Source: a virus (taxonomy: Duplodnaviria > Caudoviricetes). Taken from it: a stretch of DNA of 30,872 bases. The notes below the pieces were generated by a model. That model was given only the letters and a program-made list of their open reading frames with translations, made no database searches and was not told the DNA's origin. Each line of letters begins with the position of its first letter. Within the stretch, counting starts at the first letter, position 1. The translations under genes and the position numbers were made by a program. The stretch lies in IMG/VR virus record IMGVR_UViG_3300037463_000031, positions 1 through 30,872 of that record, one strand, 5' to 3'. Positions 8,184 through 17,088 of the stretch are shown in pieces.

Positions 8184-10604
8184 ATGAGTAAGTATATTGG
8201 CGCAGTCGCGCCCTTACTTTTAGGAATCGCCGGTGGTTTCATCGGTGGATTGTTTACAGCCGGCGCTTTTTCGAGCGTGGGGCTGGCTGTCGGCTTGACG
8301 CTTGGCAATGCCTTCTTTGGCCCAAAGCCACCGGGGCCGGGACCACTCGAAGAGTTGCGCTTTCCGCGCGTGACAGCGGGCGGCTACAGGCCCGATTTTT
8401 ATGGACGATGCCAGACAACCGGCACCTGGATTGATGCGCCTGACGATGGCGCTGTGCGCATCGTAAAGAAAACGCGCAAGCAACTTCTTACAGCCGCTTA
8501 TGGTTTAGGTTGCGGCGAACTTATCGTCGATAAAATCGCTGCTGGAAAAGAAGTTCTTTTTGACCGCGACAATGAAGCTGAGCCAGGCTACGAACTCACT
8601 GCTGAACTGGTAGGCGGCAAGGTTGTAGCCGAACTCAGCGACGGCCTGCGCCTTTATCGCGGCAGCCGGAAACAACCGGTCGATTCAGCTTTAGCGGCGC
8701 TCCACGGCGGCTTTGCTTCGGCGCATCGCGGCGAAGCCTATATTGTTTTCAAAGATTTGGATCTCGAACGCTTTGGCAATCAGATTCCCAGTTTCATGGT
8801 GTGGGTGCGTCGTGTGGATGCTGAGGGCAATGTGATTGATGATGTTGCGCAGATCATCACGCTGCACTTTATGAAAGCCGGCTTGCGCGAGGAAGATATT
8901 TCACTCACGCACCTGGTGGGAAAAACCGTTTATGGCTGCTTTGAAAATCAGGGGCAGCCGGCGCGCGTGTTGAGCGAACAATTAGCCAGGTGGCACAACT
9001 GCGGTTTGTCTCAAGTAGGCGGCACCATTGTTGACTATGACCGCACCGATCCACAGGTTTGGACCATCGGCGCTGATGAGCTGGGCGCTTACGAATGGAG
9101 TGGCAGTGATGGAGGTTCGGGCGGCTCCGGCAGCAATGCCGATGATGCCACCCAGACGCGGGGCCTGTTGCCACGCGGCAAGCAGGATGCGCGCCAGGTG
9201 CCTTCGCATTTCTATGTGAAGGTTGTTGACCCGGACTTGAACTTCGACATAGCGACCGCTGAGCACGTCTGGCAGACCGCGCCCTACTATTTGCCGCAGA
9301 CGGTTGATTTGCAGATTGTTGCGCGTGAAGCTGAGGCCGTGCCTCGTGCCGGCATCTGGCACGATGAAATGCTCCTGGCGCGGGACACAGCCAGCGTTTC
9401 GTTGCCAATAGGGCGCCTCAAAGTAACTCCGGGGGATGTTTTGATTGTGCCGATTCCCGATCAACCCGGCCAAACTTTTACTTTTATTGTTCAGGAACAA
9501 AACCTCAGTGCCGCCGGCGTTTTGACCTGTAGTGGCTCGCGCTGGAGCGCAGAAACTTATACAAGGGCGCGCACCTCGCCCAACTGGGAAGCGCGCCCCA
9601 TTCCCACCACGCCAACGCATGTAGTCCCTGGTTATGTGATTGCTGACATTGTTTCGCGTAGTGATGACACTTTTGATAAGAATCGCATTATCGTGGCGGC
9701 CACCGCGCCAACGGCTTCGCCCTGGAAAGGCACGCAGTTCATTTCCATTGGCGGCAGCCGTGCGATCCCCGCAGGCCAGGCCTGGAGCGAATCGTTAGGC
9801 TCTTATGTCACCTTGCCCGACCGTGCCACGGTAGGCACACTCTTAGAAGATTTTGTATTAGGTGACTGCGAGCGCTTCGATTACGACCGCGCACCTCTGC
9901 GTCTGCAAAGCATCTGGGGCGATTGGCTCAGCGCTGATGAAAATGAAGTGCGCGCCGGCGCGAATTTGCTCTTAGTGGGCGAGCGTCTGGTGAGTTTCGT
10001 GGATGCGCTGGAAAATCCCGGTTCGCCTGGTGAGTTTGAACTGAGCGGGCTGTGGGATGGGCGCTTTGGCAGTGATTACACCGGGACGATTCCCGCTGGC
10101 GCCAATGTGCTTTTGCTCACTGACATCTACGGCGGTGATGATTCGGGCTGGGCGATGGAACCGTGCTATGCCTGGGCCAAGAACAAAGAAAAACATTTTG
10201 CTTTTCAGAACTTAGGTGATCTAACCAAATACGTCGAAGGCGACTTCATTTATAAAGCCAACGCCTGGCGCGCCCTTTCTCCCTCGCCGGTTACTGCAAA
10301 ACGCGAAGGTGGCATCACCACGCTAAATGTCTGGGCCCGCACGCGCCACGAAGTCAATTTCTGGGAGACAGGGGTTTCGCCTGTGCTCTCTGATGGCAGC
10401 AACTTCGTGTTGGAATTAGTCCACATGTCCGCTGTGGTGCATGAAGCCACGATCACCGGCAGCGCGGGCAAGGGCACCGTCACTTTTAGCGATGCTGATT
10501 TAAATTCGTATTTTGGTAGCTTGCCGGCGAGTTTGACCGGGCGCGTGTGGCAGGAAAACGCGCACGGCGCCGGATTCGTGCGCGAGTTCTCACTTCCTCT
10601 TTAA
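8184..10604 (+). CDS. Large tail-tip / host-specificity protein (Phage-tail_3 / GTA gp15-like)
   Basis: N-terminal Gly/Ala hydrophobic segment, P.FYGR, LRLYRGSRKQPVD, AHRGEAYIVFKDLDLERFGNQIPSF, GANLLLVGE, FELSGLWDGRFGS. Confidence 0.85.
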   Translation: MSKYIGAVAPLLLGIAGGFIGGLFTAGAFSSVGLAVGLTLGNAFFGPKPPGPGPLEELRFPRVTAGGYRPDFYGRCQTTGTWIDAPDDGAVRIVKKTRKQLLTAAYGLGCGELIVDKIAAGKEVLFDRDNEAEPGYELTAELVGGKVVAELSDGLRLYRGSRKQPVDSALAALHGGFASAHRGEAYIVFKDLDLERFGNQIPSFMVWVRRVDAEGNVIDDVAQIITLHFMKAGLREEDISLTHLVGKTVYGCFENQGQPARVLSEQLARWHNCGLSQVGGTIVDYDRTDPQVWTIGADELGAYEWSGSDGGSGGSGSNADDATQTRGLLPRGKQDARQVPSHFYVKVVDPDLNFDIATAEHVWQTAPYYLPQTVDLQIVAREAEAVPRAGIWHDEMLLARDTASVSLPIGRLKVTPGDVLIVPIPDQPGQTFTFIVQEQNLSAAGVLTCSGSRWSAETYTRARTSPNWEARPIPTTPTHVVPGYVIADIVSRSDDTFDKNRIIVAATAPTASPWKGTQFISIGGSRAIPAGQAWSESLGSYVTLPDRATVGTLLEDFVLGDCERFDYDRAPLRLQSIWGDWLSADENEVRAGANLLLVGERLVSFVDALENPGSPGEFELSGLWDGRFGSDYTGTIPAGANVLLLTDIYGGDDSGWAMEPCYAWAKNKEKHFAFQNLGDLTKYVEGDFIYKANAWRALSPSPVTAKREGGITTLNVWARTRHEVNFWETGVSPVLSDGSNFVLELVHMSAVVHEATITGSAGKGTVTFSDADLNSYFGSLPASLTGRVWQENAHGAGFVREFSLPL

Positions 10605-10634
10605 CAACTTCTTGCAGCAACTTAAGGATTTTTC

Positions 10635-11102
10635 ATGCCTGAACCTACAGACATTCAAAACATTCCAGATCAACCGGGCAATCCCATAACGCTCATCAAT
10701 AGTATTCTCACTGTTATCCGCGCCCTGTTACCCACCAGTGCTGAAAAAACTGCGCTGGCTACATTGTCGGCGGGTGGCGAGCCGCCTTTTGTCACTCTTG
10801 CGGATGCCGCCACAGTAGTATGGGATTTTGGCAACAAGAGCGTGCATAACGCTGTGGTAACCATCACAGACGACCGCGTGCTTTCTGTTACCAATATGCC
10901 CGATGGCGGCAGGGGAACACTACACGTCATTCAGGGCGCCGGCGCGCCGTATGAGTTCAGCTATCCCGCTGGCAGTCTCTTTCCCAACTCGACCGCGCTT
11001 GACCTGGTTGATGGTGTTGGAGGAATCAGTGTGCTGGGCGTAAGGAAACGTGGCTCCAACTTTTATTGGACAGCGATTCGCGAATACGGCGAGGTGCCCT
11101 AA
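10635..11102 (+). CDS. Small beta-rich virion/tail-fibre-associated protein
   Basis: RBS AAGGA; motif TLADAATVVWD...AVVTITDDRVL...GTLHVIQG of the kind seen in phage tail-fibre domains; last gene of the tail operon. Confidence 0.6.
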   Translation: MPEPTDIQNIPDQPGNPITLINSILTVIRALLPTSAEKTALATLSAGGEPPFVTLADAATVVWDFGNKSVHNAVVTITDDRVLSVTNMPDGGRGTLHVIQGAGAPYEFSYPAGSLFPNSTALDLVDGVGGISVLGVRKRGSNFYWTAIREYGEVP

Positions 11103-11250
11103 ATAGGCATTGGTAATGTTGCTGCGTGGGCTTCAACACATCCAACGTGGCGAATAGGGTGAACTGAAGCGAAAGTTACAAAGAAGATAAGGAATCTTCT
11201 AAAATCTAATTAGCTGAGAAGCATAGCTTTAAAGCGCTCTTATAAAGCAG

Positions 11251-11283
11251 AAACGCCGCACCTGGCAGGGCGCGGCGTTTTAT
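11251..11283 (+). terminator. Intrinsic terminator ending the tail operon
   Basis: AAACGCCGC...GCGGCGTTT stem running into TTTTAT. Confidence 0.6.
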
Positions 11284-11341
11284 CCCATTCGGGACGGCTC
11301 TATGAGTGTAACAGGGCGAAAGCCCAATCGGAGACGGCACA

Positions 11342-12424
11342 ATGAAACAAACCGGCAACGCCATTGCGTTAGCGCGGCGCGATGAAACGATTGCGCCAGC
11401 CGACAGGCTCCCAGTAGCCGACAGGCTCCCCGCAGCGCACCTTACCCCGTTCGCACATAGAGTGCAGCGCACCGCATTGCAGCGCGAGGCCAGCGAGGCC
11501 TACGCGATTTTGTTGCGCGACACTCACAACGACAACACGCGCCGCAGCTATCGAAATTCGCTTTGTGATTTCTTCGGCACCACGCCACCACGCGACGAAG
11601 ACATCCGCCTTTTCGTTTCACTAGATCCGCCCGACATCGTTTTGGTGTGGGATGACTACCTCAATGGTTTAATAGGGCGTGGTTTGTCTCACGCCACCAT
11701 CAACAGCCGGCGCGCCGCCGTGGGCGCTTTGCTCAAAAAAGCGCATCGTTTGGGATGGGCAAAAACTGATGGGCGCGGTCTGCTCGATGGCAAAAGCGTC
11801 GAGCCAGGCGATACGCGCGGCGTGGAATCGAAAATCTTTAAGCAGATTCCTACCGCGCCCAAGCGCCGCACTCACGCCCGCGAATCGAAAACCAGTGAAC
11901 TGCGCGCCCTGCGGGATGAAGCGATTCTAACGGTTCTGTGCCGGCGTGGCCTGCGCCGTGCCGCGATTGTTAATCTCAAAGTGCGTGACTTTTCCTACCA
12001 GAATAAAACGCTGACCGTCAAATTAAAAGGCAAGGAAAAACCGAAGCGCCTGGAGATTAGCCAGGGCACGGCGGATGCTATCGCGCGCTACCTGCTCAAA
12101 GCCGGCCACAGCGATCAAGCCGAAGCCCCGCTTTTTCAAAACCTGTCACGCAACCCACGCGACCAGGGGCGCGGCATTACCGATACTTGCGTTTACAAAC
12201 TGGTGCGCGAGGCTGGCGCTCTTTTAGGTGTGCCTGATCTACAGCCGCACGACGCGCGCCGCGCCGCCATCACCCATTTATCGCAAAAGACGAATGGTAA
12301 TTTGGTGGATGTGCAGGAGTTTTCCGGCCACGCCAAGATTGAAACGGTGCGGCGCTACGTGAGAAATGCCCAGGGCACTGAGCGGCGGTTAGTCAATTTG
12401 ATGGACGGTATTTTCGACGATTGA
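11342..12424 (+). CDS. Tyrosine recombinase (XerC/D-like integrase or resolvase)
   Basis: GGAG RBS. Catalytic residues R (GLRR), K (LKGK), HxxR (PHDARR), H (SGHAK) and Y (RRYV). N-terminal SAM-like region NTRRSYRNSL...LSHATINSRRAAV. Confidence 0.93.
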   Translation: MKQTGNAIALARRDETIAPADRLPVADRLPAAHLTPFAHRVQRTALQREASEAYAILLRDTHNDNTRRSYRNSLCDFFGTTPPRDEDIRLFVSLDPPDIVLVWDDYLNGLIGRGLSHATINSRRAAVGALLKKAHRLGWAKTDGRGLLDGKSVEPGDTRGVESKIFKQIPTAPKRRTHARESKTSELRALRDEAILTVLCRRGLRRAAIVNLKVRDFSYQNKTLTVKLKGKEKPKRLEISQGTADAIARYLLKAGHSDQAEAPLFQNLSRNPRDQGRGITDTCVYKLVREAGALLGVPDLQPHDARRAAITHLSQKTNGNLVDVQEFSGHAKIETVRRYVRNAQGTERRLVNLMDGIFDD

Positions 12425-12435
12425 GTAGCAACTTA

Positions 12436-12462
12436 AAGTTTGTCGCCCTGGGCGACAAACTT
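12436..12462. promoter_or_regulatory. 27-bp palindrome AAGTTTGTCGCCC-T-GGGCGACAAACTT (copy 2)
   Basis: 13-bp perfect arms with a 1-bp centre, 11 nt after the recombinase stop. Overlaps the expected -35 position of a TATACT -10 box (12479-12484) for the next gene. Confidence 0.6.
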
Positions 12463-12503
12463 AGTATTTCGCTTGATTTATACTTTCATCAAAGGAGACC
12501 ACC

Positions 12504-12752
12504 ATGGCCGGAGAACAAACAGGGACGCAAACCACAACCAAGCAGCAGTTGGAATCACAGGTCACTACTTTAGCGACTGTGCGAAAGCGCATCGAAAAAG
12601 CTATCTTGCATGGAATTAGTGAAAGCGGCTCAGTGCCGATTGGCACAGCCAGCGTGCTTGAACTGGCGCAAGCATTGGAAATTGCTGTCAGAAACGAGCG
12701 GCAAGCCTTGATTGACATTGAACTAAGATCTGCTGGAACACCACGAAGCTAA
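12504..12752 (+). CDS. Hypothetical helical protein
   Basis: Strong RBS AAAGGAG, 82 aa, followed by a terminator. Confidence 0.7.
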   Translation: MAGEQTGTQTTTKQQLESQVTTLATVRKRIEKAILHGISESGSVPIGTASVLELAQALEIAVRNERQALIDIELRSAGTPRS

Positions 12753-12759
12753 GGCAATG

Positions 12760-12821
12760 AAAATTAAAATAAAAGCGGCCACATCAAAAATGATTGATGT
12801 GGCCGCTTTTATTTTAATTTT
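12760..12821. terminator. Bidirectional terminator / 28-bp perfect inverted repeat with 6-nt spacer
   Basis: AAAATTAAAATAAAAGCGGCCACATCAA-AAATGA-TTGATGTGGCCGCTTTTATTTTAATTTT between convergent genes. Confidence 0.75.
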
Positions 12822-13026
12822 GGGAATTCTCCGGTGCTGGTTGCTTCCGGCGCGTCAACAGGTCAATGGCTGCACTCAGGTTAATTAGCACCTGGCTGCC
12901 TTCCCGCTCGGCGGGATCGTCTTCTTCGGCAATTGCTAACAGGTTCGATTTGTCCACGATGTCGCGCGCTTTGGTCAGTGTTTCAATGAGTTGTGCGGCT
13001 TCGGCATCAGTGAGAGTAACCTGCAT
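12814..13026 (-). CDS. Hypothetical protein
   Basis: AAGGAG RBS, ATG, 70 aa; last gene of the leftward operon. Confidence 0.7.
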   Translation of the reverse strand: MQVTLTDAEAAQLIETLTKARDIVDKSNLLAIAEEDDPAEREGSQVLINLSAAIDLLTRRKQPAPENSQN

Positions 13027-13085
13027 TTTTGCTCCTTTTAATTAAACGCGGCCTTAAGATGAAAGTCTCAAACTGTGAACCAGGT

Positions 13086-13556
13086 TCACATTTCACGATT
13101 TCGATTGAATTTGACTTGCAGTTCAGGGGGAGCTTCTGTTATTTCAAGCTCATTACCTCGACACTTGGAGCAGAAATCTTCATATCTCCCCATGCTGTCT
13201 TCGGTATACACAGAATAGCCACAAAGAGGATTGAGACACTTATGCAAAACCCAGTGCTTGTCGTCATGCAATTGGATAAAGGCGGTTTCCTTATCATGCT
13301 CTGGTGCCTTACTCTCCTGATGAAGCTTCCCAAATACGGCATCCAAGTTTTCTGAGTTAAGTGTCCATTCACCTTCATCTTCTGTTGTGACTTCAGCAAC
13401 AACGCGCTGGCTGTAACTATCGAAAACATGTTTCCAGTCACGATATTCAGTAGGGGCACGCATCGCTTCCTCGACGGTATCGTAACTGCCGACAAAATCT
13501 CTCATGCCGCCAGCAGCGTCATGATCTTCAAATGCAAATAGCCAAAATTGTTTCAT
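13086..13556 (-). CDS. Hypothetical phage protein with C-terminal Zn-ribbon
   Basis: N-terminus FWLFAF...AGGMRDFVGSYDTVEEA resembles small phage ORFs; CxxxxC...CxxC; AAGGA RBS overlapping the upstream stop. Confidence 0.72.
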   Translation of the reverse strand: MKQFWLFAFEDHDAAGGMRDFVGSYDTVEEAMRAPTEYRDWKHVFDSYSQRVVAEVTTEDEGEWTLNSENLDAVFGKLHQESKAPEHDKETAFIQLHDDKHWVLHKCLNPLCGYSVYTEDSMGRYEDFCSKCRGNELEITEAPPELQVKFNRNREM

Positions 13557-13562
13557 GTCCTT

Positions 13563-15305
13563 TTACTTTAATCCCTCTGGAAATAACAAACTCGTCGCGA
13601 CGACAAAGCCCGACTGCGGATAATCAATTAAGCCCAGAGACCGCAGCGCACTTAAATTATTTCTGAATCCACCCGATGTTGCTGTCACTTCGATTAAATC
13701 CGCTAAAGATGCCTTATGAATCTGCTTAGGATGGATGTGAATCAATTGCTTGAGAATAACCGCCTGGGGGCCGCTCAATTTGCTATACCACGCCTGATGC
13801 AGTTGCTCTAACGTGGCGATGTTAGATGGCGCCTGAGCCAATCGAACGCCGTCGCTGGTTAAAGTAACTGTGCCTGATTGTGGGTAATCGATTAAGCCTG
13901 CCGTTCGGAGAAAGCTGAGATTATTCCTGAATCCGCCGGATGTGGGCCTGGTGTCGGCAAAGACAGCGACATTTGATCGTGATACTGTATTCAGGCCCAG
14001 AGCGCGAAAGGCACGCAGTGCGTTCAAGATTTTCTGCTGAGCCTCAGATAAATTTGAGCCTTTGCGCGCCGGTGTCGTGGGTTTTGCTGTGGGTTTTTTA
14101 GGCGTAGCCGGCTGTGGCTCGACATCTTGGATAATGGGTGGCGTAACACGGAGCGGCGGCTCGATAATCGTGGAAGAATTCACGCGCTCAATCTTCGCCA
14201 TGATGCCGTCTGCTACATTCATTGCATCCTTGGCCATGCCGCGCAGGTTTTCGGCGATGTCGCGCAACTGCTCGACCTCACCCTCACCAAAAACCGGCAC
14301 TTCAACGCGCACTTCGGTTGGAACTTCAACTATCTTTTCAACCGGCGCTGGCGTTCCTTGTGACTGAGCCTCTAACTCTTTTATGCGGCGCTTTAGCTGG
14401 GCGGGATCGTTGGCCCTTGATTCTTCGATGGAGGCTGCGAATCGCTCGCGCAACGATTCCAAATCGACCGGAGCCAGTTTCTTCGGCTGTTTGAGGCTTT
14501 GCCCCATCGTTGGGGTTTTGCTGCTGTCGAAGGTTTCCCGCTCGCGCACTTTCACCAGGCGAAATGTATCGAGCCAAGCTGGCGACCAAAACCAGGCAGT
14601 GCCAACGGGCAGGGTAGCCAACGAATCCATAACCTTTTGCCGCTGCTCGTCGCTTCCCTGGGCTTTCATCCAGTCGTCAATCGCAGCGCGGTCTTGAGGC
14701 GAAGTCATTTGCAAAACGATAAGGCATTCTGTCTGAGTCAACACGTTCTTGTGAATCACTGCCGGACGCTGCGACACAAGCGTGATGCCAAGACCTTTGG
14801 CGCGGCCACGCCTTACGATCTTATCCATTGCACCGAGCATTCTTTCCTCGCCTTTCATCGCTCGTTGAGGCACGAAGGCATCAGCTTCATCCAACACGAG
14901 GTGAAGAGGTTCGCGGTTTTTGTGATAAAGCGTTTCCGCGAAGTCAGTTACAAAGCGCGTCATTTGACCGCCGGAAAAATGGGATAAATCAAGCACCGTC
15001 GGGCGGCGGTCGGCAATGAGAAATTCAGCGACGGCGGAGCCACTTTCGTGGTGCAGTTCCAGGTCTCCATGATCGCCGCCGAGAACTAAAACCGGCAGGC
15101 CTGGCTTTTCACCGTCCGCACTGGCGCGTAGACCCCAGCAAACGCCCACCGGATCAATCACGCAAACCGGCAAGCCGGCTTTGGTCATTTCTTCAACTAT
15201 GACCAAAGCCGTGTAGGTTTTGCCCCGCCCACGCTTAGCAAGGATGGCAAATGTCTGGGTGATGGCGTCTGTCGGCACTGAAAAATCGGATGCGATATTT
15301 AGCAT
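13563..15305 (-). CDS. HerA/FtsK-superfamily (DUF87-like) P-loop ATPase with two C-terminal winged-helix repeats
   Basis: Walker A ILAKRGRGKT, VIDPVG, Walker B LVLDEAD, RRGRAKGLGITLVSQRPA; two repeats of SGGFRNNLSxLRxxGLIDYPQSG. Confidence 0.88.
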   Translation of the reverse strand: MLNIASDFSVPTDAITQTFAILAKRGRGKTYTALVIVEEMTKAGLPVCVIDPVGVCWGLRASADGEKPGLPVLVLGGDHGDLELHHESGSAVAEFLIADRRPTVLDLSHFSGGQMTRFVTDFAETLYHKNREPLHLVLDEADAFVPQRAMKGEERMLGAMDKIVRRGRAKGLGITLVSQRPAVIHKNVLTQTECLIVLQMTSPQDRAAIDDWMKAQGSDEQRQKVMDSLATLPVGTAWFWSPAWLDTFRLVKVRERETFDSSKTPTMGQSLKQPKKLAPVDLESLRERFAASIEESRANDPAQLKRRIKELEAQSQGTPAPVEKIVEVPTEVRVEVPVFGEGEVEQLRDIAENLRGMAKDAMNVADGIMAKIERVNSSTIIEPPLRVTPPIIQDVEPQPATPKKPTAKPTTPARKGSNLSEAQQKILNALRAFRALGLNTVSRSNVAVFADTRPTSGGFRNNLSFLRTAGLIDYPQSGTVTLTSDGVRLAQAPSNIATLEQLHQAWYSKLSGPQAVILKQLIHIHPKQIHKASLADLIEVTATSGGFRNNLSALRSLGLIDYPQSGFVVATSLLFPEGLK

Positions 15306-15314
15306 AAGAATTCC

Positions 15315-15632
15315 TTAAGCCGGATCAATTCCAGCATCTAAACACTTGTCGAGCCAGGCGGCCACGCCCTGCACAGTTTGCATTTGCGCGGCTTCCTCGC
15401 GCAGTTCGCTAATTTCAGCACCTTGCCAGCATGGCGCACTGATGAAGTAATGGAAAAAGTGAATCACCAGTTGAAGCTGCTCCTCACTGGGCGCGGGCTT
15501 TGAAGAATCACCGGCATGTTGAAAGTAAGCCAGCATCGCCGCCGGCAGTTGGCCGCTTTGTTCATTTCGCCAGTGAAGCGGCACGCCGAACGGTGGAGTG
15601 TAAACGGCTGGAATTGGGCCGAACGTGGTCAT
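15315..15632 (-). CDS. Hypothetical protein
   Basis: 105 aa; ATGA overlap with the upstream gene; GAGG RBS. Confidence 0.7.
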   Translation of the reverse strand: MTTFGPIPAVYTPPFGVPLHWRNEQSGQLPAAMLAYFQHAGDSSKPAPSEEQLQLVIHFFHYFISAPCWQGAEISELREEAAQMQTVQGVAAWLDKCLDAGIDPA

Positions 15633-16456
15633 GACTGGACCTCGCTTTTCTGGTCAATTAATTCACACGAAGCAATAGCATTTTCAATCCGTTGCTGCTC
15701 GAAAGCGTTGCCTAAAGCAAGAATGTGGTGAGCGCGGCAAAGCGGCGCGCAGAGCGAAAGCATTTGCACCCAGTCCACAGATGACGAATCCCCGCAAGCC
15801 GCGCAAGTGTGGTTTTTCGCCATGTGCCTTTTTTGAACTGAGGCTTGAATGTCTTGGCCATGCTGTAGGCGCGCATATTCCCAGCCGGCTACATAATTTG
15901 AAACTCCAGCCTCGCCACTGACAAAGGTGATAAGCAGTTCGTTGGTTTGGGGTTCGCGCAATCCGGCGCCTGGCGCCAATTGGGCAAAGGCTTTCAATGC
16001 GGCACGTTGCGCCGCGAGTTCGGCGCCGCCGGTGTAGCTTGCCGTGATGGATAGGCCAACCACGCGCGCGGTGTAAGTTCCTCTGGCATCAACAACGCGG
16101 ATATTCAGCAAATCGTGGGGTTGAGGGGTTTTTGTTTTAGGCGTCGCCTTTTTCATCCAGTCGCAGTAAGAGCATGTTTCATCACCGTGGTGATCGTTGG
16201 CGATTTCCTCAGCATGATCTTCTTCCACCATACGCAGCATATCATCCAGCAGTTCAACAGCTAAACCGAATTTGTTATAAGAGGTGGCCAGGCGGCGCGC
16301 GTAGGCTCCGCCTTCCTCATTAAGCGGGTAAATTGCGACAATCTCACGTTTCGATTTTGGGTCTGTCAGACACCATTCCACTTCATTTTCATCGCCGGTT
16401 GTGTCTGTATGGTTGTGCGCTTCGAGTTCTGGCAAAAGGGGGTGAATTGTCAACAT
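15629..16456 (-). CDS. Hypothetical mosaic protein with Cys/His clusters
   Basis: 275 aa; HHGDETCSYC and CAAC...CAPLCRAHH; lies within the leftward operon. Confidence 0.65.
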   Translation of the reverse strand: MLTIHPLLPELEAHNHTDTTGDENEVEWCLTDPKSKREIVAIYPLNEEGGAYARRLATSYNKFGLAVELLDDMLRMVEEDHAEEIANDHHGDETCSYCDWMKKATPKTKTPQPHDLLNIRVVDARGTYTARVVGLSITASYTGGAELAAQRAALKAFAQLAPGAGLREPQTNELLITFVSGEAGVSNYVAGWEYARLQHGQDIQASVQKRHMAKNHTCAACGDSSSVDWVQMLSLCAPLCRAHHILALGNAFEQQRIENAIASCELIDQKSEVQS

Positions 16457-16510
16457 GAAAATTATGCGCGTGGTAACTATGCGCGCCCCAGTCTCGTTTC
16501 ATGCGAGAGG

Positions 16511-17002
16511 TTAAACCTCAGATGGCTCCCGCTCGCTTGTCTCACTTGTGTCGCTCGTGCGCTCGCTCTTGGTGACGGTCAACACAATATGATCCGCCAT
16601 GCGGCGCGCTGCCCAGTTCATAAACCATCCCAGATGACGGGCTACATCATTGGTCTGGTAGTCGTCAGCATCAGAGCATTGATACTCAATGCGAGAAAGC
16701 AATCGAAAGGCTTCAGCCCAACGAAGCGCGGCGCTCTGGCTGGGGTGCTTTTCGGCAGCAATTAAATCTTCAAAGGTTTCATCAATCCAGCGATTGCCCT
16801 GGTCTGAGTAATTGCCGCGCTCAGTTTCCATGTCGGCATTGTAGCGGTCACAATAGGCTTTCAAGTTCAACTCGAAAAGCGCATCAGTTAAGGCGCGCGG
16901 CGTGCGGTAATAACTGGCCACGACTTCACGACGAAAAATTTCAACAGTGCCGCAACGGGCAAGGGCATCATAACTGTCTTTGTTGTAGAGAATACAACTC
17001 AT
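16511..17002 (-). CDS. Conserved hypothetical phage/plasmid protein
   Basis: Start re-assigned to ATG 17002 (GGAG RBS; the longer ORF runs through a terminator). Motifs LN..AY..RY and IEYQCSD...Y recall a small mobile-element family. Confidence 0.7.
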   Translation of the reverse strand: MSCILYNKDSYDALARCGTVEIFRREVVASYYRTPRALTDALFELNLKAYCDRYNADMETERGNYSDQGNRWIDETFEDLIAAEKHPSQSAALRWAEAFRLLSRIEYQCSDADDYQTNDVARHLGWFMNWAARRMADHIVLTVTKSERTSDTSETSEREPSEV

Positions 17003-17048
17003 TAGAAAACTCCGAAAAATGGGGTAGGGAATGACAAGGGGAACCAAC

Positions 17049-17084
17049 AAAGGCAAGGGCGCAATGGATTGCGCCCTTGCCTTT
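17049..17084 (-). terminator. Intrinsic terminator after the SWIM gene
   Basis: 17-bp arms AAAGGCAAGGGCGCAAT / ATTGCGCCCTTGCCTTT immediately after the stop at 17089, with a TTTGTT tail on the minus strand. Confidence 0.75.
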
Positions 17085-17088
17085 GGCT

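Noticed and set aside
954-10930. Numerous 60-210 aa alternative-frame and antisense ORFs overlapping the tail genes, and similar ones elsewhere
   Set aside because: They are fully nested in well-supported genes, with no RBS or recognisable motifs; typical shadow ORFs.
12760-12821. Protelomerase (telRL) site implying a linear N15-like plasmid prophage
   Set aside because: It has an asymmetric 6-bp spacer, and the nearby enzyme looks like an ordinary XerC-type recombinase, not a protelomerase. Kept only as a terminator or possible resolution site.
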